This document shows, one piece after another, positions 1-11,500 of a DNA stretch of 64,000 nucleotides. The notes beneath the pieces were generated by a model. That model was not told the origin of the DNA and made no database searches. It saw only the letters and a program-made list of their open reading frames with translations. The stretch comes from Scyliorhinus canicula (lineage: Eukaryota). The DNA lies in assembly GCF_902713615.1 (NCBI RefSeq), contig NC_052160.1:9672001-9736000 (forward strand). The letters run 5' to 3'. Both the position numbers and the translations under genes were made by a program. Position 1 is the first letter of the stretch; each line of letters begins with the position of its first letter.

Positions 1-887
1 CCCCCTCCTCCAGTGTCCTTGCCCCCCCCCACCCCCTCCTCCAGTGTCCTTGCCCCCCCCACCCCTCCTCCAGTGTCCTTGCCCCCCCCCACCCCCTCCT
101 CCAGTGTCCTTGCCCCCCCCACCCCCTCCTCCAGTGTCCTTGCCCCCCCCACCCCCTCCTCCAGTGTCCTTGCCCCCCCCCACCCCCTCCTCCAGTGTCC
201 CTTGCCCCCCCCCACCCCCTCCTCCAGTGTCCTTGCCCCCCCCACCCCTCCTCCAGTGTCCTTGCCCCCCCACCCCCTCCTCCAGTGTCCTTGCCCCCCC
301 CCCACCCCCTCCTCCAGTGTCCTTGCCCCCCCCCACCCCCTCCTCCAGTGTCCTTGCCCCCCCACCCCCTCCTCCAGTGTCCTTGCCCCCCCCACCCCCT
401 CCTCCAGTGTCCTTGCCCCCCCCACCCCCTCCTCCAGTGTCCTTGCCCCCCCCACCCCCTCCTCCAGTGTCCTTGCCCCCCCCACCCCCTCCTCCAGTGT
501 CCTTGCCCCCCCCCCCCCCTCCTCCAGTGTCCTTGCCCCCCCCACCCCCTCCTCCAGTGTCCTTGCCCCCCCCCCACCCCCTCCTCCAGTGTCCTTGCCC
601 CCCCCACCCCCTCCTCCAGTGTCCTTGCCCCCCCATCTCCAGTGTCCTTGCCCCCCCTCCTCCAGTGTCCTTGCCCCCCCTCCTCCAGTGTCCTTGCCCC
701 CCCTCCTCCAGTGTCCTTGCCCCCCCTCCTCCAGTGTCCTTGCCCCCCCTCCTCCAGTGTCCTTGCCCCCCCTCCTCCAGTGTCCTTGCCCCCCCTCCTC
801 CAGTGTCCTTGCCCCCCCTCCTCCAGTGTCCTTGCCCCCCCCAACTCCTCCTCCAGTGTCCTTGCCCCCCCCACCCCCTCCTCCAGT
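1..887. repeat. C-rich minisatellite (~30-bp unit CCTCCTCCAGTGTCCTTGCCCCCCCCACCC, ~23-bp unit at ~640-830) in ROGDI intron 1
   Basis: Tandem units are directly visible and run off the window start. The ROGDI sense strand is G-rich. Confidence 0.97.
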
Positions 888-942
888 GTGGGGGGTGGGG
901 TCTCGCCACGGTGTCGCCCATCCGTCCCGGTGCCGCACTCAC

Positions 943-984
943 CAACACCGCTCTCTCCGTCTCACTGGCCGCCGCTGCCGCCAT
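943..984 (-). CDS. ROGDI: Protein rogdi homolog, coding exon 1 (MAAAAASETERAVL); the rest lies beyond the window start
   Basis: ATG at 984-982, 14 codons, then donor GTGAGT (942-937). ERAVL matches the recalled human ROGDI start (MATVMAATAAERAVL). It lies downstream of GLYR1 on the same strand, as in human. Confidence 0.88.
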
Positions 985-1065
985 CCCGCTCAGTGGAGGG
1001 CAGGAGCGCGGCTTCCGGTGTCCGCCGGCAAATCAGTCCGCCGCTTCCGGCAGTGCCGCGATATG
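985..1065 (-). promoter_or_regulatory. ROGDI CpG-rich 5' region/promoter with two ETS/GABP-type CCGGAAGC sites
   Basis: GCTTCCGG at 1011-1018 and 1043-1050; CpG-dense 900-1060. Confidence 0.6.
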
Positions 1066-1436
1066 GTCAAGATATACAGTATTCATAATGAAGTGTTGAA
1101 ACTTACATCCCCACATTTTAAACTACAACTGGCTCAGTAACACATCCCTTTAGCCGTGGTCAAATACTCCCTCCACTCTGGACCTCAAGTGAATGCCTCC
1201 TCTGAATCCCCCCAGATGATTGTCATATGAGTTTCCAAACTCTACTCCCCAAAAACCACCAAAACCTTTGTTCACAATACTGCTTTCCATTCGTGGTTTG
1301 CCTTTTGTAATCCAGTCCAACTTTTCTAAATGACAGTTTTAAAACAAACTTCCAAAGTGAATCCTGTTCAGGATTTTAAACCATTCCCATCTTGACTGCT
1401 GACAATTTATTTTACTCTCTATTGCCATACAATATG

Positions 1437-1690
1437 GGGAGTGGTTTGCAAAGTTGCTTCACAGCTCCAAATCCCAGCTTGTGTCATTGTCTGTGTGGAG
1501 ACTGCACCTTCTCCCCGTGTGGGAGTGGCAGTCCAAAGATGTGCAGGTTAGGTGGATTGGCCATTCTAAATTGCCCTTAGTGTCCAAAAAGGTTAGGTTG
1601 GGTTACGGGGATAGGATGGTGTGCTCATTTCAAGTGACGGTGCAAACTCGATGGGCTGAATGGCCTCCTTCTGCACTGTAAATTCTATGA
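1437..1690 (+). mobile_element. V-SINE (HE1-like), degenerate
   Basis: V-domain ctgtgtggag...tccaaagatgtgcaggttaggtggattggcc and CR1-like tail ggcctccttctgcactgtaaattctatga. Confidence 0.85.
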
Positions 1691-1699
1691 ATATTAAAA

Positions 1700-2250
1700 T
1701 GGCAAACATTTATTAAAATGGCATCAAACATTTAATTTACCTCTGAAGTCCGCTGTCCAACTTTAAATCTGGTTCCCAGAATTATCAAAAAACCCTTTAT
1801 TTCCTGTTCTCTTAACTCGTCGTCAGATTTTCTTTCTGCCCCAATTCCCTGGACCGTAACGTGTTCCTTCAGAAACCTGCATCATTGCAACTCCCTTGTC
1901 CTGTCCAGCTTCTCCTGGCAGATCCGAGATGTGAACTCCCTGGTGTCCTGTGTCCAACTGCAGCATATCCAGCTAAAACTTTAAAAATAAAATTCCCCTT
2001 TCCTAAGCAACACCCACATGCTTGCGTCTTTTATTTATTCTTCACACCATAGCCCTCCTGAAGCACAACGGAAACAGTTGAGCATGAACCAACCCCACAC
2101 ATGCAAACCCCTTTGTCCAGCATAAATCTAACTACAGGTTTTCACTTTCCAGGCACAGAAACATTAAACACACTTAAAACTATACCTTATTTCTAATGTC
2201 TAACAATTCAAATATAAATTTCTTAAAACTACCTTGTGTTCCTAATAACA
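1700..2250 (-). mobile_element. Possible LTR-like fragment
   Basis: Begins TGTTATTAGG on the minus strand and resembles the other LTR-like pieces in composition. No TSD was identified. Confidence 0.3.
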
Positions 2251-2319
2251 AGAAACTATTTTTAAATCTCAGCTTGCACACTACTAAATAAAATGCAGAG
2301 ACAACTATAAACCAATTTC

Positions 2320-5300
2320 CTGAACAATAACAGCATTTATTGACCAAGCTTGACTCAACTTAATACATTAAAAAAAATATTCACTACACTTCCAAATACT
2401 CATTTGACAAGTTGTATACAATTTTGTACATAACAAAATAATCGTTATGGATCAATAAAAATAGTAGCCAATTTCTGCAATATTGATCTTAAGATGAAAT
2501 ATCATAAGGCATATAAAAATGCAATGACAGGATATTGTGTACTTTGGATGCAATTTTAAATTCAGGCTACATGGAAGAAAAAAGTACAATAAATTCACAA
2601 AAAAATACCACAGCAGTTTGTGTACACAAGTGTGCTTTACAGGATTCAGGTTCTATCTGTAGTTGTTTACTCAAGACTTTTGCACAAAGTTAGCCAGTGC
2701 TAATATTACAAATTAACTGGTATTTTTCTCGAGGGCGAAACTCCAGATCTGTAATAAGCTTGATATCAATCCTACCTGATAAAATGTTAACTGAACATGG
2801 ATGGGATGGCATTACTATACTTTGTGTGTGTTGGGGGAAGGGGTAATTTTGCAGTGGAAGGAGCATGTACAGGTAGATTTTCTTGATGATTAGTACAATA
2901 GTACAGTCAATTTTTGTGAAAGTATAGCACTAAATATGCACCATTCTCGATCACAGATACAGGCCACGCTGTGCATTGCAAGGCAATGGTTTAATAACTC
3001 AAGCAAACAAACCTTTGATGCAAAGTGGAAGCACAGTAATGGTTACATGCAAGAGAATTATCCAGGAATGAATTAAATCAATTAAAGTCTCCTTGGAAAA
3101 GTTAAAGCTACAACACATAGGAAGATGTAGTAAAATGCTGTTAGTGGTTGTAAGCCAACATTTGTGATGCATCTTGAAATTGGGTTCTTTTGTTTCTGAA
3201 ATACCATTTACAGAGGTGACATCCCCAGAAATCTTACAAAAAAGTAGTTCTAGTCACAGGAACATCGAATACAGAGATGTACAGTTGCCGCATGGTCCTC
3301 AGCATTTAACAGTAAAGCTTGAACGAAAGAGCTGGTGTACTGCTCCTTGGTGAACAGTGCCATAAATCCAGTTTTCTTCACTTGAGGTTCCATAATGATC
3401 TTACAGGACAAGCAAGCTGAAGACGTTTCTGCAGTTTAGATACTTGGTGAGACTGTTTAGCAACATTCCCAAAACTGCTAATTCTGGAAACGAGTTAAGC
3501 ATAGTCCTTCATGTGCACCATCCGCCCAACCTTTGCATCCAATACATTTATCTTGAGGGTTTCCAAGTTTGATAAAGGTGACGGTAATCTGAACCTTAAG
3601 TGAAGAGTTCTGAAGAGGCCATCTGTACATTTTATTTCCGACTAGAACCACAGCAAATAGGTTCCATTCTCACTGGATTCGAGGGCAGACTAACTTCAGA
3701 GCATGCAAGATACAGAGCTCACACAAAGGCAAAGTTTGATGGCAGCTGATAATTCTGTAAATTATTTCACAGACAGGAATAGCAAACAATAGTAATACAG
3801 GCAGAGCCTCAGGGGGCTGCTGACAATCGGGGTGTGCATGCATTTTAGATTAACTTTTGATTTTAGTGTCCCTTGTTCAAGTCAGAAATCCAAGGGCTAA
3901 TCCCGGTCAAATTTGGCCACTCTTACATATTTATCAAAACCGGCTTAATGGAATTTGACCCATCTTTTTGTCCAATGGGTGGTCACGTTAAACACCTGAC
4001 CATCATGCTTTGGTGTTGACAAAAGTGATCACATGCCTCACAAAGTAAAGTGAACAAGATTTACATTGCACACCCACTCCATGCAACAACAGGGTGTCAG
4101 TAAAGCAAGAACAATTAAAAGTGACGGGAGCCACGTCCAATTTACATTCCCAAGTTGGATCTACATCTGTGTATAATCAGCGCAAAGACCCACAAAGAGC
4201 ACGGGCCTCGAACATATCCGGCAGGTTTGCATAATTTTTATTTTTAAATAAATGTGTGGGCAAATGAAACAAATACTTCAAACCAAGGAAGGTAAATAAA
4301 TACAAATTTAAAGAAAAACCTATAATTATAGGTTAAGTACAATCATGCACAGAATACAGAAATTGTATAAATGGTGTAATGTACAGTATGACATTGGGAG
4401 CAAGTTTCGCACAGAAAAAGAAATTTACTCAGAAGTCCCTCCAGCATTTATTGCTGGTTTAATACTGCAACATTCTGATTGGGTCCCAAAACATTTTTTT
4501 GGAATCGAGAAAAAGAAAAACAGAGGTCCGTCTGATCAGAACAATCAACAATAACCCGGTTGAGTACAAAAACAAAGGAGCAACTTTTCTTTTAAAAGTA
4601 GGCAGCAGATAAATTTCCTTTCGGAAAAAGTTTTTAAAGTTACAAAGATCGTTACGGGGTTTTTAAACTCCCAAAGCAGGAGGTCTCTGCACACAAGATA
4701 CATGTTAGTAATAACTGGACTTGTTCAGGAAGTATGCAGTCTTTACAGTGCCATGTGTATTTCTTCCCCCCCCCCCATTATCTGCCCCAATAAATCCTTT
4801 TTCCTCCAGTGCAAACCACACAGGAAACATAAAGCAGGACAGCAGTTCAGTAAAATGTTTCATTTTGTACAGAAGAACAATACCAGACACATGTAGTTAT
4901 ATAACGCAACCCACACTGGCATCACCAAGATAACCAGAGTATAAAACGTACTGCAATATCACCACAGCACAGGCCTTAAATTGTTTGTGTGCCCCACTAT
5001 TCTCAGCAGTACTCGAGAGATTTCTTCATGTACTTTTGTTACTGATGACTTGGTGCTATAATACTGTGTCTGGTGACTGACAGTCCCAGAACTGGGTTTG
5101 TATCAGCAGTTACCACATCAGGAGGTACATAAAGCCAGTAAAACCAGCTATTAAGGGTTAACACTAGCATACACCTTTTTTCAACAACCCATCTTCCAAT
5201 AACTTCTTAACCACCATCCAAACAAAACTACAACCAAAAGAAAAGCAGCAGCTGGTCAGCACATGCTTATTTCACAGTCTCAGAGGTGCCACTTGCCAGT

Positions 5301-5469
5301 GTATTAATGACATCTGGCTGGATATGGACCCATTATCATTCTCAGGCACCAGAGGAATCAACGTACAATGGCCAGTGTGGCAGATTAGAGTAGTAACTGA
5401 TAATGGAAACATAAAAACCAAAATAAATGGCCCCGAATTTAAAAGGAAACAATTAAAACATTGTTGTGG
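2320..5469 (-). other. GLYR1: GLYR1 3' UTR (~3.1 kb, no recognisable TEs)
   Basis: Follows the stop codon. Minus-strand AATAAA at 4452-4447, 4242-4237 and 2341-2336. Confidence 0.65.
2336..2341 (-). terminator. Likely distal GLYR1 polyadenylation signal AATAAA
   Basis: TTTATT on plus, followed on minus by U/GU-rich sequence, at the edge of the TE-free segment. Confidence 0.55.
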
Positions 5470-5544
5470 TCACTGGTTGCAGGCCAGGTATACTGCAGAC
5501 ATATCATTTTCAGACTGGTCCAATGCCTTCGCTTTCTTGAACAC
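5470..5544 (-). CDS. GLYR1: GLYR1 exon 16 ([24 protein letters not shown])
   Basis: TAG acceptor with a T-tract; TGA at 5472-5470. Confidence 0.95.
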   Translation of the reverse strand: MFKKAKALDQSENDMSAVYLACNQ

Positions 5545-8500
5545 CTATATAAAAAAAAAAATCAGAGAAGTTTGATACCGGTGTCAACATTGAACAGAAC
5601 ATAAATTGCAAAGCACGGGAAGACGATTTGGGAAAGGCACTAAGGGTGGATGGAGAAATCGAGAGGAATCACCCTGTTTCCACAAATCCGATTAATCAGT
5701 TCCAAAATTGAAGGAATGCCAGATATGAATTTTAAAATGTGTTAACTCAAAAAGGATTAACACAGGAAAATCAAGAATTCATGTTACCCCCATTAATTTT
5801 TAATGTAGCGATGTGACTTCCAATTACTATACACCTAATAAAATTCCCGTCCTAAAACCTGCCTCAGACCTGTATTACTGATGTTCTGACTCGCTAGGAG
5901 GTTAAACATCAGCATTCTCAGACGCCTGCAGGTGGGCATTAGGAGAAAATGATTTTTAAAATTACATTAATGAAATTATAATTTAAGTAATAAAAACAGA
6001 GCAGGTGGGGTCAACCTTAGAAGATTTTACCTCCTGGGGCTGCAGGCTTTCTGGGCGGTTTCCACAACACACCTCCACCCACCACGCCTTTGCAAGTGCT
6101 TTGCAACTCGAAAAGCCAGAGTAGGGAAAACCTAAAAACTTTCCCGTCTCCTTAAAGGAGAGTTTTTAAAAAAAACTTGGCTTAATTGTTTTCCTAACTT
6201 CTCAAAGTGCTTAGGTTTAAAATCAAGATATTCAAAAGAATTAAAGGTTTGATTTGCTCATGTGTATTTGTCCAGAGTAAAAGTACCTAATTGTTTTAGT
6301 CTCACTTAAGAAGCAAAAGGCTGACAATTACAGTCATTCAAGCAGATTTATTATTGCTAGCTATTTCATATTTCAGTATTCCCACTGCAAAGTTTTGGAA
6401 TGGTAACAGGAGTATAGTTCAAAGTTAGATTTATTTCCTAATTATTGATATAACTAATCTTAGTCTGATCGGCCATTTCAAATATCACACCATTTTATGA
6501 TGTAATCATTGTAGTTGACAACACTGCCATCTTCAGTCACTTTCCGGTTGATTATTTTTTCCACCTCTAACTTTCTTTCTATGCTCACGGTGCCTCTTAA
6601 CCAACAGAAAATCTAATGTAACATTCAAAGCTGTTGTGGATACGATAGTGGAGGACCACCAGTCCTGTCAGAATGTGCTGCAACACGGGTTGATTTGGGC
6701 TCTCAACTCTTTCAATGACCAAAATCAGCAATAAACCAAATGAAGAATGAGAAAACCGTGGGAGAATTTTTACACAGCACAATAATTGAACTTGAACTAT
6801 GAACACAGAATTGACAAGCAACCAAACGTGCTTTCAAATTCTACAACAGTAATCCTTAAATAGGATTAAAACACTTTGCCTTGTGTAGTCAGTTTAACTG
6901 CCAACCTAATGTTTAAGAAATACATTTTATCATAAAACTCAAGTCTAACATATAGATTAAAATTTGAAAGATGAAGCAAAAACAAAGATGAACAAGGCTA
7001 GATTGAGTAGAAGGGGAGAGATATTTAACATATATTACCTATACCATATATATTTGTAGAGAGAGAGAGAGAGAGAGAGACTTTCTAAAACTGCAATTAG
7101 GACAGCAAAAAGCTGTAGTACGTTCCACTACTGACTGACATACACCGTTCCCAGTTTGCACATTAATTCCCCCATCAATCAGGAACCTCTCAGAATGCTG
7201 TGCTTTCTGAACAGTTCAACAGATCAGGACCACAATGTGGGGAAAAGCACAGGTGCCTAATGTCATCCCCACTGATACATGGAGCTAATCCAATGTTATT
7301 GATTTTAAAACGTGATTTAAGAAGCATTAAGGGCATAACACATTCAACTTACTTCATTGGCCGCAGCAGCCATTGGAGTTGAATGATTGATAGAATCACC
7401 CATAGCAATGGCTAACCGGAGGTCCTTTTGTATGTGTTTCAACAAGAAGTCGGGCTTGAAGCTTCCCTGTAAAATATCTGATAATGAGAGAATCACTAGT
7501 GGATAAAAGGTTAATGGGTTTGCTGGTCATTTGTTATGACATATCTTACAACATAGCTATAGCAAAAATCTAAAGGACATCAAATTAAGAGTACAACTTT
7601 ATGTTGAGCAAGATTAAAATTCTGTAAAAATGTAAGTGTACTGGCCAGTTTAAAAGAATACTGGATGCGTTATGCAAGCAGCCAACTTTCAGATCCCTCT
7701 TCAGTCTTACAGCCAACCAAAAATCTTGCTGAGCTTGTGGCATATCTGTGTAATATTCCATAGTAACATCCCCTATTTGCATCTGGATTTTGAACTGGAA
7801 ATTAATTTGTTTCTACTAATCTGGAATTAATTAACTATATTTTAGACAATCAGAATCCGCTGCATTAACCAATTCCACCCAAAGGAACTAGAAAAGTTAT
7901 TTACTTTGGCACTTTTGGTCCAAGAAAGCACTTGCCAAAGGTCCCTGACTCAGGATGTAAAGCAATACTTCTTGCGATTGGCTGGCTCTCTTAGCCAATG
8001 TGAATCCTTCAGCAACAGAAGCCATGAAACTGCCAAGGATCATGTTTGCAATCAGCATCATCTTCGACGCATTGCCCACCTCACCTGAAAAGAGAACAAT
8101 AATTTAAGCTTGCCCATTATGTGTTTCACTTAGTCCTGAAAGCAGAAATTGCATCCCAAATTAATTTCATACAACATGCTCAGACTTGTCAAGACAGCCC
8201 CCTCGCCTCCGTTAAACAATAGAAACAGAAAATGCCCGACACACTCCGGTTTGGCAGCATCTGCGGACGGAGGAACAGAGCTTCAGGTTTGTGATCCATC
8301 GTCAAAGTTCATCAAGCTGAAACCCGGCTCCCCTCTCCATAGATGAAAAATGAAATAAAATGAAATGAAAGAAAAGAAAATCGCTTATTGTCACGAGTAG
8401 GCTTCAATGAAGTTACTATGAAAAGCCCCTAGTCGCCACATTCCGGCGCCTGTCTGGGGAGGCTGGTACGGGAATCGAACCATGCTGCTGGCCTGCTTTA

Positions 8501-11500
8501 AAAGCCAGCGATTTAGCTCAGTGAGCTAAACTAGATCAGCTTTTATTTCCGCTTTCCCTCATTGGCGATACTTTTCTTTCAATCAGACAAATTAGTTACG
8601 TATATTAAGCACTGGTAGGATGAGGTGTGTCATTTTGGAAAGCAGATCCCCTCATTAGGGATCGCAAAAAAAAAAGGATAAAATCTATTCACCCTTCAGG
8701 TTGATTATAAAAAGCGTTTTGTAATTAAACACAGAATGCTGGTATTATTTAGTAGTGGAGGGAATAAGTTACCAAGCTGGAGAAAGAGGAGGGGACAGAG
8801 CTTGAGGATACAGTCAGAATGCTTTGTTGGATTTCATGTGTGTACATTACCTCCTCTCTGGGGAAAATGTCGTGCTATCACATTTAGCCAGTTTCATTAG
8901 TTTAAAAAAATTGACATGGCAATATAAGATCAAGAAATATATGTAAATATATCTATGTAAAGTGTTTTTTTCTTATAAATTTAGAGTGCCCAATTATTTT
9001 TTTTTACATTAAGGGGCAATTTAGCGTGGCCAGTCCACCTATCCTGCACATCTTTGGGTTGTCGGGGGTGAGACACAGGGAGAATGTGCGAACTCCACAC
9101 GGACAGTGACACGCGGCCGGGATCTAACCCGGGTCCTCGGCGCCGTGAGGCAGCAGTGCTAACCAATGTGCCACCGTGCCGCCCAAGAAGGGTTGTTTTG
9201 AACAGAGCTTTGAAGTCGAGTCACTGACAAAATAATGCTCTGGATCAAAAAAAAGCAAATTGCCGATTATACAGCAACATTTGGTTTGCTGAAATTTTCA
9301 AATATATTTAATTGCTTGCATAAATTGTTCCTCTGGTTCGATGCTTAATCGATTTCACCACAAAGTTATGATTTTGCCTTTCCTCCTAAAATAACTTCTT
9401 CAGAGACATAGAACTTGCTCACACCATAACAATTCTATCAAGGCAATTCAAATATAGGGGAGAAATAGTTTGAGGATTCTGTAAACACAAACCTACCCAA
9501 ATAGAAAGACTTCTTTCCCATGGCCTGAAAACAGCTGCTACAATCATCAAATAATGCCTTATCTCCGGCAGCAAGGATCACCAGCATTCCATTTTCCGAT
9601 AGCTGCCGATTCCCAGAGACTGGTGCTTCGAGAAAGCGCCCCCCTCTGGAAGTGATCACCTATGCAACGGAGCAACAATTACAGATCAGTCCTGGCTACT
9701 ACCCGTTAAGTTTAAAGAGTATCCCAGAGAAGGTCCGTCAACTATCAGGATTTTAACGTAGCACCCGGCACCTCTCCGGAATCAGAAAACGGGAGTCACG
9801 GCACTAAGCGAAGCACCAGTTGGGATTGTGGATCATACTTTGTAAATTGGGTCAGGAAAACTTTGAAACCATCACCAATGAGATCCAAGGTAACAGTGCA
9901 GTTGATTTTTAAAACACACAATTATTCCTTACCCACTTCACTTTGTGGCAAGAAAATCCTTCGTGGAGTCACCCTTTCACGTACCAATCATGCACACCAA
10001 AATATTTTGTTAAAAACTGGTTGAAAATTCAACATATCTGCCTTTAAATCAAGTCACAGAATCTTCCACGGATTTGGATGATAACAGTGCACTACTACAT
10101 TTTTGCATCTCAAGAGCTCCTGTCAGTCCTGTTTGCTTTGCAATGCCCACACTGTGCACTTTTCAAGAACAGTGTCAGGCAATGAACAGGACTGGCGATG
10201 GTAGCCAACGTTTACCCTCTCTCGCACAGGGAGATGGAGATCCTTTGTCCCATTTGCACTGCTGTGCCAACCGAGCTCAGTTAATCCAGCCCATATCAAA
10301 ATCAGATCGAGCGTTCTCCAGTGGAATGGCTCAGCACCATATTGTGAGACACATCTGTCCATCAAGCTACTGGGGAAGCCAACTTTCTACACCATGCGTT
10401 TTGTTACAAGAGATTGAACTGACACTGACGACAGAAATATTCAAACCAGACTAGAAGCAAGGACAGGAGCACAAGGTTTATCTAAGAAAACAGAAAAGCA
10501 AAACATATTTCAGGAGTGGGCAGAGAACACTGAAAACAAACAGCATAGGTGATAACAGCGAACAAAGAAAGATGGCCCCAAATCTTTAGAAGGGCAGACT
10601 GGGAACAAAATACAAGAATGGATAATCTTCACTTTTCTACCCAAAGGCAAGTGCTCGACAGTTCCACATAGCGCTGTGGTACATTTTTTTTTTAAAACTG
10701 CAACTAGGGCGAGGAGCAGTCAACAAGTCTACCTCAGCTGGACAGAGATCAAACCCTGTACTGTCAGCGTTAGTCTGCTCCAGCTGCCCAGTCAACAGGG
10801 AGAATTGGAATGCCCCCCCCCCAGATGAATAACTGAAGCAAAATGTTAGAAGAGAAGCACAGGAAATTGAAACAAAGCTGCAACTAGAAACTGCATTTCA
10901 GAATATCAGTAACTATCGTCTATCTGCAGGGTTTTCACTTGCTCAATCAGCCCACCACATTCATTTATTTATTTAAATTTAGAGAACCCAATTATTTTTT
11001 CCAATTAAGGGGCAATTTAACGTGGCCAATCCACCTAACCTGCACATCTTTGGGTTGTGGGGGCGAAACCCACGCAGACACGGGGAGAATGTGCAAACTC
11101 CTCACAGACAGTGACCCAGGGCCGGGATTCAAACCCAAGTCCTCAGCGCCGTAGGCAGCAATGCTAACCACTGTGCCACCGTGCTGCCCTGCCCACCACA
11201 TTTATAAGGAAACCTACCCTTAAGACCAGCGGGTGCAAGTCATTATCAATACAACCGGACTGTGAAAAAAGGTACATTGCACGAAGTTGATTTGAATTAC
11301 GCAATCAGTTTTCGTTCACTTGCAGAATGGTTACATTGTTATTATTGCTTCTTTTTTCAATGTTACAATCTGTTGTTGCATTAAATATTTAGATATGTAC
11401 AGTTCACTGGCTGAACTGAAAATTAGTACAAGCCCAATCTACAAGACAAGATCAAATCTTGTGCTTTTGTGAAATCTGCTCATCTTATTACCTGTGAGAT

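Noticed and set aside
13-1140. Long Pro-rich ORFs in all three plus frames
   Set aside because: Artefact of a stop-free C-rich minisatellite; the real gene here is ROGDI on the minus strand.
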